From the human T2T-CHM13v2.0 reference genome, Homo sapiens, in assembly GCF_009914755.1 (NCBI RefSeq), contig NC_060933.1: DNA of 64,000 nucleotides; one strand, written 5' to 3'. Every line of letters begins with the position of its first letter. The first letter of the stretch is position 1. The notes beneath the pieces are model-generated. The model was not told the origin of the DNA. It worked only from the letters and a program-made list of their open reading frames with translations, and did not search any database. Both the position numbers and the translations under genes were made by a program. Positions 13,786-27,800 of this stretch are shown in pieces.

Positions 13786-16700
13786 CTGTAATAAAAAAAA
13801 AATCAAACGTGAAAAAAAAAAAAGGTAGCAGCAGCACCTCGCTCTGGGCCCATTTCCCAAGCCCAGTAAAAAGTGACACTTCTGGGGTCTTTGCAGCTTC
13901 AGATGTTGCCAGGGAAAGGCGGACGTCTTAGTCTGCTTTTCCAGGCAAATATACAAGTAGCCTTCTGCCATAAACAAATGAAAAAAATCAAAGCCAGAAA
14001 TAAAAGCCTGGTGACAGGATGCCAGAAACCTTCAAAAGAGGACCTTCAGAATAAGTTCAGGTTAACTCTCAGCATCTCTGAACATAATAAGCACTATCAA
14101 GTCTACATTGACTATTTTATAGCAAGGACAGCGTTGATGCCAATTATTTTTTGCCCTAGTCAAGAAAGCTTGTCATCCTTCTCACAACAATTATCTATAG
14201 GTGCATAATAGTGAAAAGCTAAATTCTTTCCCCAATTCAGTACAGGAAAAGTGCTGCTCACAGCAATTTAACATCATTCCATTAGATGGGATTCATTTTT
14301 AAACATGTTATTCTAACAATTATGCCAAGTACCATGTAATTAATATTCCAACTGACTTTACAAAAATTACAAAATCCCCTAAAGAAAATAATTAGTCATT
14401 AGGCATGAACGAGACTTTTCTATGGCCAACAGCACATAAAACAGAAAGTTCATCTCATAATGGATGGGTATCAAAGCCTTTCTCATATGTCCTTCAATTC
14501 TTAGCCAATAGTGCATAGAGCTGACATTGGCAAGTTACCCCAAACTTCACTTAACCCATTAACGCACTTACTGGTTTAAACTCTTTGAGGGTAAAATGAT
14601 GAATGATGAAAGCTTTACCAATTAAAAAGCTCTTTTCATTTGTAGGAAAGGCAAGATAAACACATATAATTAATTGTTTGCTTCTTCCATGTTCCCAGCT
14701 GGAAATTAGAGTACTGGCTTATTTCTTGAGGCTACTTTTTGTGTTTATTAAAGAAATGTATATAGACATCCTCATCCTTGTTCTCCCTCTTTTCTTTCAG
14801 GGTTTTGTGTATTCTTATAATCTACTTTAAATCCCTTCTAGAAAAAGGTAAGGTATAAATAAGTAATAGTCACATAGGACATTATCTGCTATAACAGAAA
14901 TAAAAAACATGTTTTCCTTGCCGCCCTCCTCTGAATAACTGGCAGTGGCTGCCTAGCGCCAGAACAGAGAGTTACAAGGATTCTAAGCCAACATACACAC
15001 AGCCTCAGCAGGAAAGAATGCAATGGTTGATTAGTGATGTCTGCCCTAGAAAAAGCAATAGGTTAAGAATCCATGTACCATGTATTTGCCATCTCCACCC
15101 TTTGATAAATCACTAAAAATTAGAAAAATACATACAGTTTCATGAATAAAATATAATGTGAATTGTTTCCAGGATGCAAGTAAACGGGGAAAAAAATTGT
15201 TTTCTACAGTTGAAAACCTTAAGCAAAACTGGACTAAAACATCAAGTTTTAGAGGAAAGAACATTGAACCAGGTCAGGAAACCCAAATTCTGGTCTAGCT
15301 TGGGGAGCTATAAACAGGTCAGTTTACTGGGCCTCAGTTTGCGCACCTCTAAAATAAGGGGCTGAGTCTCTTAACTGTTCTCTTGTGCTGGTGAAAGAAC
15401 ATGGTTCTTTTACAGATGCTTAACCTCAGCAGGCCGGGGGCATGGCTACAACCTCGACACCTCCTCACATTGCTCATATGAGATTTATAATCTGGGATAA
15501 ATGCATACGGATATTTTTAACCTGTAGCATTTCCAGCACAAGAAGTTCCACATACATAACATTTCTTTTCCTTAATACAACCTATTTTCCACTGTGGGGC
15601 AAGGGTGGGGGTTGAAGTAGGAACTTCTAATAGTAGAACAATTCAGTGATTAAACTACCTTCATTCAAAAGTTCAGTGTCATCACTTCAATGTAAGACTA
15701 GTCATTTCCACGAAGTGTCCCACTCACTCATGGTTTTGAGATCAGCCTGAATCTTCTCACCACTGAATAGCCCTTGTCACTGTAGCCTATTTTGAGAACT
15801 TTACCCATGGAATACATCAACATGGCTTCCTTTTCCAAACACCTATCTGTGTAGAGCTGGAACAGTCCCACGTCTGGCCTAAAAAACTGCAACAGACATC
15901 TGTGATTTCTCCAACTGCCCTGCATCCATCCCTTCCGGGAACTCCCTCTCTCCCAACTCCAAGGAACCCCATTTCCTGTGTTTCAGGTGCTCTGAGCTGA
16001 GGATCCCACCCACGGGTGCAGTGAATCATCTCAGAGGGCACCTATCAAGTTTGGGCCAGAATCCTTTTTCAGAGCCTGACATGGACACTGGGAGGTCACC
16101 AGGTATAAGAACTATGTATATCCACAGCTGCTGAGTCATGTTTTTTATCCCTTGGAGAGCATCAGGACAACAAAGGAAAGCAGTCCTAGAGAGGGCAGGA
16201 GAGTGATGTTCCTGCCACCCACCCAAGCACCCTGATCCTCCTGAGTTCAGCCACAGAGAAGTAACTCCCTGAACATTTTAGTTCCTTGAACCAATGAAGG
16301 CCCCATGCTTTTTTTTTTGGCTAAATCTAGACCCAGCTGGGTTTCTGTCACTGGCAGTCCAGAGTTTTGGGGAAAGGCTTTACAGGCTAAATGTATGCAT
16401 TCAAGGTTCAAGTTCTTTCTTTAGTAACCCATGATAAATCACCTTCCTGAATCACAAAGCAGCTCCCACGGTTCCACTTCAAACCAAAGAATACTAAAAC
16501 ACCCTCAAAGAGAAATTCAAAGAAAAAATTCTGCACACCAGAAAAACTCTCAAGCTTTAGCTCTTACTCAAGACCTAAGGGGAAAAAAAACCACAGAAAC
16601 GAGGAAAATGACAATGGATTACTGGAGGGGGCACAACCCTGCATACAGTTAAACAACCAACAATTCTAACAACAATTATTCAAAGAGGCAGCACAGTATA

Positions 16701-17094
16701 ATAAAAGAGCTTCCAAAATCATTCCTAAAATATATATTCTAGTTCCCAATCAACAAAAAAAGCCCATACACACATGTACGCCACACCACATAGCACCCAA
16801 ACAAAAGGAACTTGTTAGTAAACAAACGAACCGTTTCCAGATTCATGAGCCTAATTGTTTCTGTTATTTTTCAGCTACAGTTTAGTTTGCAACTTACAGC
16901 TGTCCTAGGGTCTCTGCCACAGGCCTGCCTGCTGAAAGAAACCATGAATATCAAACTCTACAGAGCATGTTAAGAACAATCTCCCTTAGGTGGCATCTAA
17001 GTAATTAGAGAGTCATCTAACAAACGGTATTCTAGTGATGCTCATCCATCTGTGACAGAGGAAAAGACAATACAAGAACATAATGTGCGCAGCT

Positions 17095-17260
17095 AAACAT
17101 TTAGACACCTCCTGGGGGCCACAGATTCCTCTGCGAACCTGACAAAAGCTAGGAAGCCTTCCCTAGATATACATGCACATACCACAACATACTGCATATA
17201 ATTTTAAGGGGTTCATAAGAGTTGCTCCCTATACCCAGTCTCCAGGTTAAATACACCTGA
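17095..17260. mobile_element. hAT DNA transposon remnant (MER103-like)
   Basis: gggggccacagattcc...taattttaaggggttcat...ccaggttaa pattern; a similar remnant lies at ~25075-25265. Confidence 0.45.
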
Positions 17261-17484
17261 GTTAGAATTTTTAACATGTAATCACCTGAACATCATGAAT
17301 CCCCAAAGACTTCAAAGGACTACAAAATAGGTTACAGAAAAATTCTACAACTTCCAACTCTATAACCCCATGCTGAATCAAGAACATAAAAAGCAATAAA
17401 AACATACTCTTGCTTTCTGCATGTATGGAATATAAGAAAACTTGGCTTTCCATATATTAGCTCCGTTTATTACATCTCCCTTAC

Positions 17485-17629
17485 CTTGTTTGACCACTTA
17501 TATGCTTGAAGGAGTTGACTATAGAGAGGAGTTTTGTCCTGCACAGGATCCAGGCTTAACAGCCCACTGTTATGAAGAGGATGGTTCTCAGATGGCTTGC
17601 CTACCAGATTGCTCAGACGTTCCAGCTCA
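17485..17629 (-). CDS. MED27: MED27 coding exon 2 (145 nt; -NELERLSNLVGKPSENHPLHNSGLLSLDPVQDKTPLYSQLLQAYKWSNK)
   Basis: Acceptor ttgtctctttgcttttcag|TGAG and donor AACAAG|gtaagg. It continues the exon 1 frame (203+145=348 nt, 116 codons) and matches MED27 protein. Confidence 0.96.
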
Positions 17630-19684
17630 CTGAAAAGCAAAGAGACAAGGCAAATAAACCTAAGCCCATTTACACTCCAGGGTAAAGCCAGCCCCCAGGA
17701 TCAAAGACTGCTCTTCAAACCATCCATCAGAAGTCCCTTAAGAAGAAATACTTTTTGAAAGGTTAAAAAATACTTGGGACACTTAAAAAAAAAAACCCTA
17801 AATGAGAGTTTATCTGACTTTAAAACAGAGCTTCTGGTGCCATTCCAAAGGAGGAAAAAAAAGGTAAGGGCAGTAGAATCAATAAGACCCCCATAATCAG
17901 AAATTAACAACTCAAATTCATCCCTGCAGTGGGGAGGAGACTTTCTGGAATTTTGAAATGTGGTATAACACTGCCTCTCACTAAGAGTTTTCAGACCCAC
18001 GTGCAGATCATTACACTTGGCAGAACAGCAAGTACCTGATTAAATGATGATTATTTATCATTCACATAGGGATAGATTTGTACATGATGCTTCACAGATG
18101 GTAAAACTTAACAAAACAAAGAAGAGATAAAATAAACAAATGGAATGGGAAGACACCACTGAGGTGGCTGTGTCAAACAAACACACTTCAGTCTAGCAGG
18201 AAAACCCTAGAGAAGCTTGGGAAAGCGAGCCAACAAGAGCACATTCCAGGAGTACGTTCTGAGGGGCCAGTCCCAAACTGCCAACAAAAGACTCTCTAGG
18301 AACAGCTTCTTATGCCACATTCATTTTGGAATCATCAGCCACCTTCTTCTTGGCACTACTGTACAAAGATTTAAGAAGGCAAAAGGATAATGTCAGCACT
18401 CTTAAAGTTTCTATTTAAAATGGTGAAGGGTTATAATATCCTGAACATTACAAAGGGAAGTAACTCGGAGAGAAAATGGAAAGAAAACAGAAGATAGGGA
18501 AGAATAGCCAGTGCATCCCCTGAAGCAGAGAAAGTATTAACTGGTGCTCGGCGCGGTGCCAGAGAACAGCAAGCGGATGTGGGCGTTGAGGAGGGCTGTG
18601 TGATTTACGGCAACTACTTAGGGGGAAAACAAAAAGGCACCCATCATTTGGCCACCTCCTCCTCCTCCTCCTCCATCCTACCTCCTCTTTCCATCTGGTT
18701 ACTAAGGAGACCAAGTTGAAAAAACAAAAATCCAACCAGTCCAGAAATCAAAGGATGACTAGCTCACCAAATGCTTTCCCCTACTCAGGTCAGTTCTGAG
18801 AAGTAAAAGGCAAAAATCCTGAAATTCTAACCTTCCTGGGAAGGACTGACTCTCTTATAAAACAGAAGGCAAGTTCAGGACCTAAGCAATCAAGAAGTGC
18901 CTACTATGTGCCAGGCCCTTTACAAACATCCTCTCATTTAATTCTTACAACACTTAAAAAGTGTAAGTGAAGAAGGTACTTTGTAAGGAAGAGGAGGAAA
19001 AGTGGAATCCTTAACCCTAAAAGACTACAAATTAAGAAGCAGGGGCGTTAAGCATAAGTAATTAAACTGGTTAAGAGATTAGAGAGTAGGTCTCTACTGC
19101 GGAAGGAACTCCCACAGGAGTGGGAGTGAGGAAACTGATCAGGTGGTTTGGGAGCGGTTAGGGGAAAAGGTGAAGACAGCTCAAGGCCTGGCCGGTCCGT
19201 CGTGGTTGCGGGTGGGTGGTGGTGGAACTGATGAAGTCCAAGTTCAGGGCCGGGGAATTGGGGCTAATCAGATCGGGTGCACTTGGGTTTGGAGCCGACT
19301 GACCAGGTCCTGTCTGTACTATTACTACATTCGGATCAGACGTGATGGGGCACAGAGGGCCTACAGGTGAGAAACCTGCCAAGCTCAGAGAAGTGGAAGT
19401 TCATGGGAAAAGCATGCCTCCTTGTTAGGAATGGAACCGCCACAGAAGAGGTCGAGGATGGCGGAAGACAAACAGGACCAGGAGGCCAGGAGAAGCAAGA
19501 CGAGAAAGCGGGGATGGTGTTAAGATGTCCCTGAGGGACAGGCAGAGGCTTGGAGAACAAGAAGAGAAAGAACAGGGATCAAGGGAAACGGAGAACAGCC
19601 CCTGCCTGGGAAGACTCGAGCGACGTAGGGGCAGGGTCGGAGCGGGGCCGGTCCCCGACCCCGGCCCCTTCAGCCGGTACCTAC

Positions 19685-19887
19685 TTGAGGTCCCGGTTGA
19701 CCGAATGTAAGTTGTCCTGGAAGTGCGCAATAAAGGCCTTCTCCCGGCCCTCCAGCGTCTCCTTGTTCCGCATCCCATCCTTCAGGCAGTCGAACACCCT
19801 GCTCACGCTGGAGCGCAGCGCCTGGATGGCACTAATGGCCTGGGAAAAGGCCTCCAGGTTCACACTGACATTTATCACGTCCGCCAT
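19685..19887 (-). CDS. MED27: MED27 coding exon 1 (203 nt; MADVINVSVNLEAFSQAISAIQALRSSVSRVFDCLKDGMRNKETLEGREKAFIAHFQDNLHSVNRDL-)
   Basis: Translation matches the recognised MED27 N-terminus. ATG lies in a strong Kozak context (AACATGG) within a CpG island. The exon ends at CTCAA|gtaggt; split codon AA+T (Asn) joins exon 2 in frame. Confidence 0.97.
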
Positions 19888-19890
19888 GTT
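19881..19890 (+). promoter_or_regulatory. YY1 motif CCGCCATNTT overlapping the start codon
   Basis: ccgccatgtt is an exact match to the YY1 consensus. Confidence 0.6.
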
Positions 19891-19947
19891 GCCGCCGCCA
19901 CAGCAGCTCTCCAAAGCCGGCTTCGCAAGCAAAAAAGCCGCGCTCGC

Positions 19948-19957
19948 TGATGACGTA
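19948..19957 (+). promoter_or_regulatory. ATF/CREB-like site TGATGACGTA
   Basis: TGACGT core ~65 bp upstream of the ATG. Confidence 0.55.
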
Positions 19958-19970
19958 TCTCCGAAGACCT

Positions 19971-20010
19971 CTGGGAAATGCAGTTCGCGCGGGGCTACCC
20001 AGAAAGCACT
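19971..20010. promoter_or_regulatory. Two oppositely oriented ZNF143 (SBS)-like motifs
   Basis: Minus strand GAACTGCATTTCCCAG (ACTACA-TTCCCAG type; 19971-19986) and plus strand CTACCCAGAAAGCACT (19995-20010). Confidence 0.5.
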
Positions 20011-20482
20011 TTCGAAAAAGGGTTTCCCCTTGAGCTAAACTAATGCATGGGCAGGAAAGTGATTTTTCTCAACTTGGGGAAGTCAGGTTGCACTCTCGGT
20101 TTGCTTAATGGTGACAAAGAAATACAGAAAGTTCCCGCATTTCCCCAAACTTGCACTCTGGGGAATCATAGGGAAAAGAATTGCTCAGAGCAATAGTGTA
20201 AAAAGGAAAGGAACATAGCCCATTCAATAAAATGAGTCCATATTCATAAATAAAGCGGGGAGAAGGAAAGTTTCTTCTTTCCAATAGAATGCCAGCTCAT
20301 AAATGCAGAAAGAGTGATGGAATTAGAAAATTGCCATTTGACAGCCATTAGAATAATTGATTCAGATAGAAATCGATGGATGCTAAAACTAGTGGGTGAA
20401 AGTGTCAGAAAAATAACAGGCTTTTTAGGTAATCTCAAAGTATCGTCCCCCAAGATGCTTATTAATTAAGAAGAGGAAAATA

Positions 20483-21405
20483 ATGATCCAGAGATTCCAC
20501 TTCTGGGCATATACCCAAAAGAAGCGAAAGCAGGGACTCAATACCTGTACACATGTTCATAACAGCATTATTCACCAAATAGCCAAAAGGCAGGGGAAAC
20601 CCAAGTGTCCATAAACTGATGAATAAACAAAGTGTGATACTGGCATACAATGAAAAATTCTTCAGGCTTAAGCAAGAAAATTCTGACATATGCTACCTGG
20701 AGGAAACTTGAAGACATTATGCTAAGTGAAATAAGCCAGTCACAAAAAAACAAAATTCTGTGTGACTCCACTTATATGAGGTGTTTAGGGTAGTCAAAAT
20801 GTTAGAGACAGAAAGTAGAATGGTGGCTGGTTTACAGTGAACACACACCTCTGAAAATAACATACATAGCATAGAGGTTGTGGAAGAAAGAGAAGGTTTG
20901 GGATTTAAATAAAACCAACAAAATGTTGGCCAAATCTGGCTTTATGGAAAAATTCAATGTCTCTTTGTCCTGTTGGCTATAGACAGGTTTCTGAAAATTT
21001 ATTATCTTTTTACTAAAGGGAACCTGCCCAAGTCCTCATGTTCTTTCCTTAGAGGAGCTGGGGTTGCATAGCTTGGAGCAGAGAAGAGGAGAGCAGGAGG
21101 CAGATCATGATTGTGACCTTCAACTCACCTTCATGTCAACCCAAGACAAGAGTCCTCCTTGGTTAACTAGTGGCAATAACAATAACCAGTTGTAGGAAGG
21201 CTGTAGAGAGGAAGATTTCAGCATAATATTGCAAAGGGCCATATTTAAGTCTGTACTTAAAGAGTACAGACTTGGAAAAGTTTTACAGCTGGATGGTGGT
21301 GATGGCCATACAACAATGTGATTGTACTTAATGCCACAGAACTGGACACTTAGAAACAGTGAAAATGGTTGATTTTATATTATGTATATTTTACCAAAAA
21401 ATTTT
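20483..21405 (+). mobile_element. L1MB-type 3' end carrying a non-L1 insert at 20827-21240
   Basis: ccacttctgggcatatacccaaaag...gacattatgctaagtgaaataagccagtcac...gtacttaatgccac...tatattttacca. Confidence 0.85.
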
Positions 21406-21685
21406 AAACAATTCATTAATGTAAACATAAGGGGGGATGGATAGTGACTTAATAGTGACTTCACAGTGGAGAAACATGGCAGACACCAGCTTAACCAAAA
21501 GGCCAAGGTCAACATCACCAGTGACGGGACATGTTGTGCACCTCCTGATACAATGCACTGGAAAGAGCACAACATGACCTCCATGATATTCTTGCCAGCA
21601 GTGCATAACCTGAATCTAATCAGGACATCAATAGAACTCAAACTGAAAAACGTGACAAAATAACTGACTGACCTATACTTTTTCA

Positions 21686-22027
<342 letters not shown>

Positions 22028-22205
22028 GTCTGTGTCACGAAAGACATGAAGGTTGAGAAATTCTTCCAGATTAAAGGAAACCAAAGAGCTGTGACAACTG
22101 AGGGCAATGTGTGAGCTAGGATCTTCTTTTGCTGATACAACTGGGACAATTGGTGAAATCCGAGTAAGATCTGTAGATGAGTTAACAGTATTTTATCAGT
22201 GATTG

Positions 22206-22592
22206 TATTGGTCTGTTCTTGAACTGCTATAAAGAAATACCTGAGACTAGGTAATTTGCAAAGAAAAGAGGTTTAACTGGCTTATGTTTCTGCAGGCTGT
22301 ACAGGTACCATGACTGGAGAGGCCCCAGGAGGCTTTCAATTATGGGGGAAGGTGACAGGAAGCAGGCGCATCTTACATGGCTGAAGCGTGAAAGAGGAGG
22401 AGGTGCCACACACTTTTAAACAACCAGATCTCGTGAGAACTCACTCACTATCACGAGAACAGCAAGGGGGGAATCCACCTCCATGATCCATCCGCCTCCA
22501 TGATCCAATCACTTCCCATCAGGCCCCTCCTCCAACACTGGGGATTACAATTTGACATGAGATGTGGGTGGGACATAGAGCCAAACCATATC
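22206..22592. mobile_element. MST-type MaLR solo LTR
   Basis: tgtattggtctgttct...ctataaagaaatacctgagact...caaaccatatca termini. Confidence 0.88.
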
Positions 22593-22734
22593 ATTGATAA
22601 TTTCATGATTTTGTTCATTGTACTGTGGTTATGGAAGAGGATGTCTTTGTTTTGGGGGAAATACACCCTGAAGAGAAAAAAGATCATCATTATGTCTACA
22701 TGAAAAAGAAAATAAAATGAATATGTTTATTTAG

Positions 22735-23554
<820 letters not shown>

Positions 23555-23634
23555 TCAGCCAGACTGTGCTGACAAGGATTTTGAAATTGGGTAGTTCACC
23601 TCAGTTCCACCTCCTTAATAATTCCCCACTTCCC

Positions 23635-24063
<429 letters not shown>

Positions 24064-24552
24064 TTAAATTAATTGTCTCTTGCAAGAAAGCTGTTTTGTC
24101 TTGAGATTATATAGTTGCTTCCATTTCCTGACATCTAGCTCACCTTTACAATGTGGTCATTTATAGCTTTTCTTAAGGGAAGGGATGAAGATAACAGGAA
24201 ACTTCTAGCTGTGGAGCTTTAACAAGTTATTGAACCTCCCTGAATCTGTTTCCTTGTCTGTAAAACAGACTGGTAATAATACCTATCTTCATAAAATAGC
24301 TGTGAGGTTTAATAACACCTTGCAGGTGAAGCTTTTGAAATAATGCTTGGTAGATAATAAACGCTCAGAAGAGCATAGCTGTTAGGAGAAGGTGTCTGTG
24401 AATTATGCTTCTCATCCCACTGAGAATTCTTTACATAGACTCAAGCAAGGATTAGCAATGGGATTATTAGTTCAAATTATCTCTAATGACATGATCTTGT
24501 TGCTAATAGCTGGTCAATGAATTTTATCCCATAATTCACTATATTTGGTGGT

Positions 24553-24862
24553 TTTTTTGTTTTTGTTTTTGTTTTTGTTTTTGAGATGAGTCTCGCTCTG
24601 CTGCCCAGGCTGGAGTACAGTGGTGCAATCTCAGCTCACTGCAACGTCCGCCTCCCAGGTTCAAGCAATTCTCCTGCTCAGCCTCCCAAGTAGCTGGGAT
24701 TACAGGGGCACGCCACCATGCCCTGCTAGTTTTTGTATTTTTCGTAGAGATGGGATTTCACCATGTTGGCCAGGCTTGTCTCCAACTCCCAGCCTCAGGT
24801 GATCCGCCCGCCTCTGCCTCCCAAAGTGCTGGGATTACAGTCGTGAGCCACCGCCCCTGGCC
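24553..24862 (-). mobile_element. AluS
   Basis: (TTTTTG)n tail then reverse Alu. Confidence 0.93.
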
Positions 24863-27800
24863 TTGGTGGCCTTTTTGTCACCTTTGGAATGTAGGGGTAA
24901 GGCTTTTTCCTAAGGTTTTGGTAGAAAATATTTTTTAACTTTACAAAAGTAAAGGAAGTAAAAGTAAAGAGAAATATCTTTGTTCGTTGGCTTGTTTTGG
25001 TTTTGGCTTTGGTTTGTTCATTCTTTCTAGGAAAAGAGTAGAGGATGCAAATTCTATTATCTTAGGTACTTACCTTTTGGGGGTTCCTGAAGGATTAGAA
25101 AATGTGACTCATGTGGTATATTTTGTCCCCAGGAAAAAAAAAAGTACCAATCTATTTCTACCCTCACCCACATATGCCCATAAACATGAGATTTTATGTA
25201 CAATTTCAGGGGGTTCATAGCACCACCCTCCAAAGCCCAAACATGAACCTCTCGTTAAGGATCATACTCTAGCACAAACACCGTTGGGTGTCCAATGCCT
25301 GGGACTCAATAAGCACTCAGTATAAGTTGGTGGAAGCAATTAATTAATGCAATATGTTATGTTTACTTTCTTGGATCCTCTCTCCAAATTATTCCATCTC
25401 TTTGTGTATGCAGATCCCATCTCTGCCTCATGCTTAGTCTCACACATACAATAAGATTTTTCTTTGTCTCACTGTCTGATTCAGTGGTTTAGACTCTGAT
25501 TGGTGCAATAAAGTACAAATAGACTTTGCTCCCATAGCCATTAGTTTTCAGGATTTCTCTGTGGCTCCCCTCTTCTGGGAAACTCAGAAATTGATCAGTG
25601 GAAATACACATTTCCCCTGAACATAGTAAGGAGTCTTTTATCACATCAACAGAAAACTTTTCATTTTGGAAAGGAATGGACAGAGTTTCTCTAAGGGGTC
25701 GTAAATTCTTGGGAATGTTGGCACTTACACGCCTGCATCTGTGTGTGTTTGTGGGATATAAATTACTTTAAAGGAGTTCATTTCGAGCAATATCAGATTT
25801 TAATTATTATGATCTTATGTTTGGGTAAAAGGCAGCGCCCTGCTGTTAATATCTTCCAAAATGAACAAGCCATTAGCTTGGTGCTATTAGCTCAGGAGTA
25901 TTAGAATGAGCAATCAGAATTAAAGTTGTCAGTATTTAATTAAAATATGCTGCAACTCCCATCATATTCGGAGAGCATGTGGTTTAAGCATTCAGACTGA
26001 GAAGGCACCCTCATTAATTAATAATTATTAAGGATTCGCTAGGTGCAGAGCAATGCATTCGACGGTTGGAATGTCACCAGAGAGATTTAAAATCAAATCT
26101 GCCTCAGATAAGCCACAACGTAACTAAGCCACATGTCGTAATCAGTGTGGCATAACGCTTAAGACCTTGCAGGTTGTTCTGATGATTAAATTAAGGAAGC
26201 ATCCAGTTCTGGGGACATAGTAGGCATTCGTTTTAGTCCTCAACAAATATATATTGAATGTGCCCAACATTTTGCTAAACCTCTGGGGAGTCAATGGTAC
26301 AGCCCAATAAATATCACCGAAAATATCTGAAGTGGGTTTTGTGTTCTTCCATGTTTACCTGGTTAAGGCTCAGAACAACCAACATTTTTAAATTGCTTAG
26401 AATCAGGTTTATTATAACTAATCTAAAACAAGTATGGTAAAGAATCCTCTTTTAGTCCTCTCTGAACTTTTCCTCTTATTTCCTTCCCATGATGATTTTG
26501 ACACGATGCTGATGCTGACGATGGTTACCATGAGGACAATGACCCACATGATCCCAGGGACAAAGCGGACCCTGGAAGTCAGAAAATCTTCATAGACTAG
26601 GGCCTTGGCCCCACTGGTATTTCTCAGATGCATAAGTTAACCCTTCCAGGCCTCAGTTCTTGCAGCTAGAGAGTAAGAAAGTGAATCCCCTCTGGGGCTA
26701 ACAATCCAAGGGTAGGTGATTCAGAGGAACTTGTTCAAGAAGGAGGACAGGGAGGGAATCCTTAACCGTCAACCCTGATCATAACCACCATGCCAGGATT
26801 CCTGCATTCCTGATTCATTCATTTATTAGGGAGTATCCACCCAATAAAAGGATTAAATAAAGATCCAGGTAGAACGTGTTCCTGTTCTCATGGCACCTGC
26901 CCACCAGCTTGGTAGGGTAGGCAGACACAATCAGAACATGAAACACAGTGAGGTTCAAGTGCAAGGTAAGAGACATACATGGAGAATTGTGGAGTCCCTA
27001 GACAGTATGGTCAGAGCATCCTCCTGGAGAGGGGAGGCTTGAGCCATACTGCCAAGGTACATAGGGGCTGACCAGGTGAAGTGGGGGTAGAGGTAAGGGA
27101 GGACCATCTGGCCAGGGCAAAGTCTCCAGAGTGAGAAGCCGCATAGAGTGTGGAGGGGCGGAGCTTGCAGCAAGGAGCCAGAAAGGCCTTGGATGGCATT
27201 TAATAAATAAATGGAATAACTGTTGTGTATCCTGAGCTTCCCTCTGTAGGTAGGGGCGGGGCAAGTGCAATAGATGGTTAAAGCAGGGGGTGTCATGTGA
27301 TCAGATCTCTTTTTGCAAGTCCACTGTCTAGCTATGGAGAAAGTGGGCAGATGTGCGCGAGCTCAGAAGCAGAGAGATCAGAAAGGCAGGGGAGACCTCC
27401 ACCTGCAGAACAGCCAATGAAGGACACACAGGAGCCATACTCTTCCCATCACAGGAAGCCAGAAGGTATTTTAAATATTTTAGTAAATTATTGATTGCCC
27501 ATTTGGATGCTCACTTAATCAACCACTGGGTATGTTGTTAGGGGCCTCCACTCTCTGCCATGTTCATACGTAATTAAGTACAAGACGTCTCAGGAACGGA
27601 CCCTTTTACCAACACATTAGGCCAAATCAAAGTGAAACAAAACACGCATTGTTTGTGCAGCCTCAACCGCAGCCCATTTGAGGGAGGAATTGCCTTCTAA
27701 TTCTATTACTGAGTTATGTGGATGGTGCATTTTAATCAAGAGGGTCAGTGGTCTGCCAGCATCAGAAGCTACTAAACCTGGAGTCTTCACCCAGCACCTG

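Larger units (their letters stand above)
19160..20015 (-). promoter_or_regulatory. MED27: CpG island / TATA-less promoter of MED27
   Basis: High GC and CpG density around exon 1, against CpG-depleted flanks. Confidence 0.88.

Noticed and set aside
19888-19932. Apparent N-terminal extension MLAKPALESCCGGGN of MED27
   Set aside because: Begins at a non-ATG codon. The ATG at 19887 has a strong Kozak context and matches the known N-terminus.
19550-20038. 162-aa + strand ORF antisense to MED27 exon 1
   Set aside because: Non-ATG start; GC-rich shadow of the real exon and CpG island; no recognisable domain.
25830-25848. CTCF-like GGCAGCGCCCTGCTGTT
   Set aside because: Several core mismatches to the consensus; not supportable without ChIP data.
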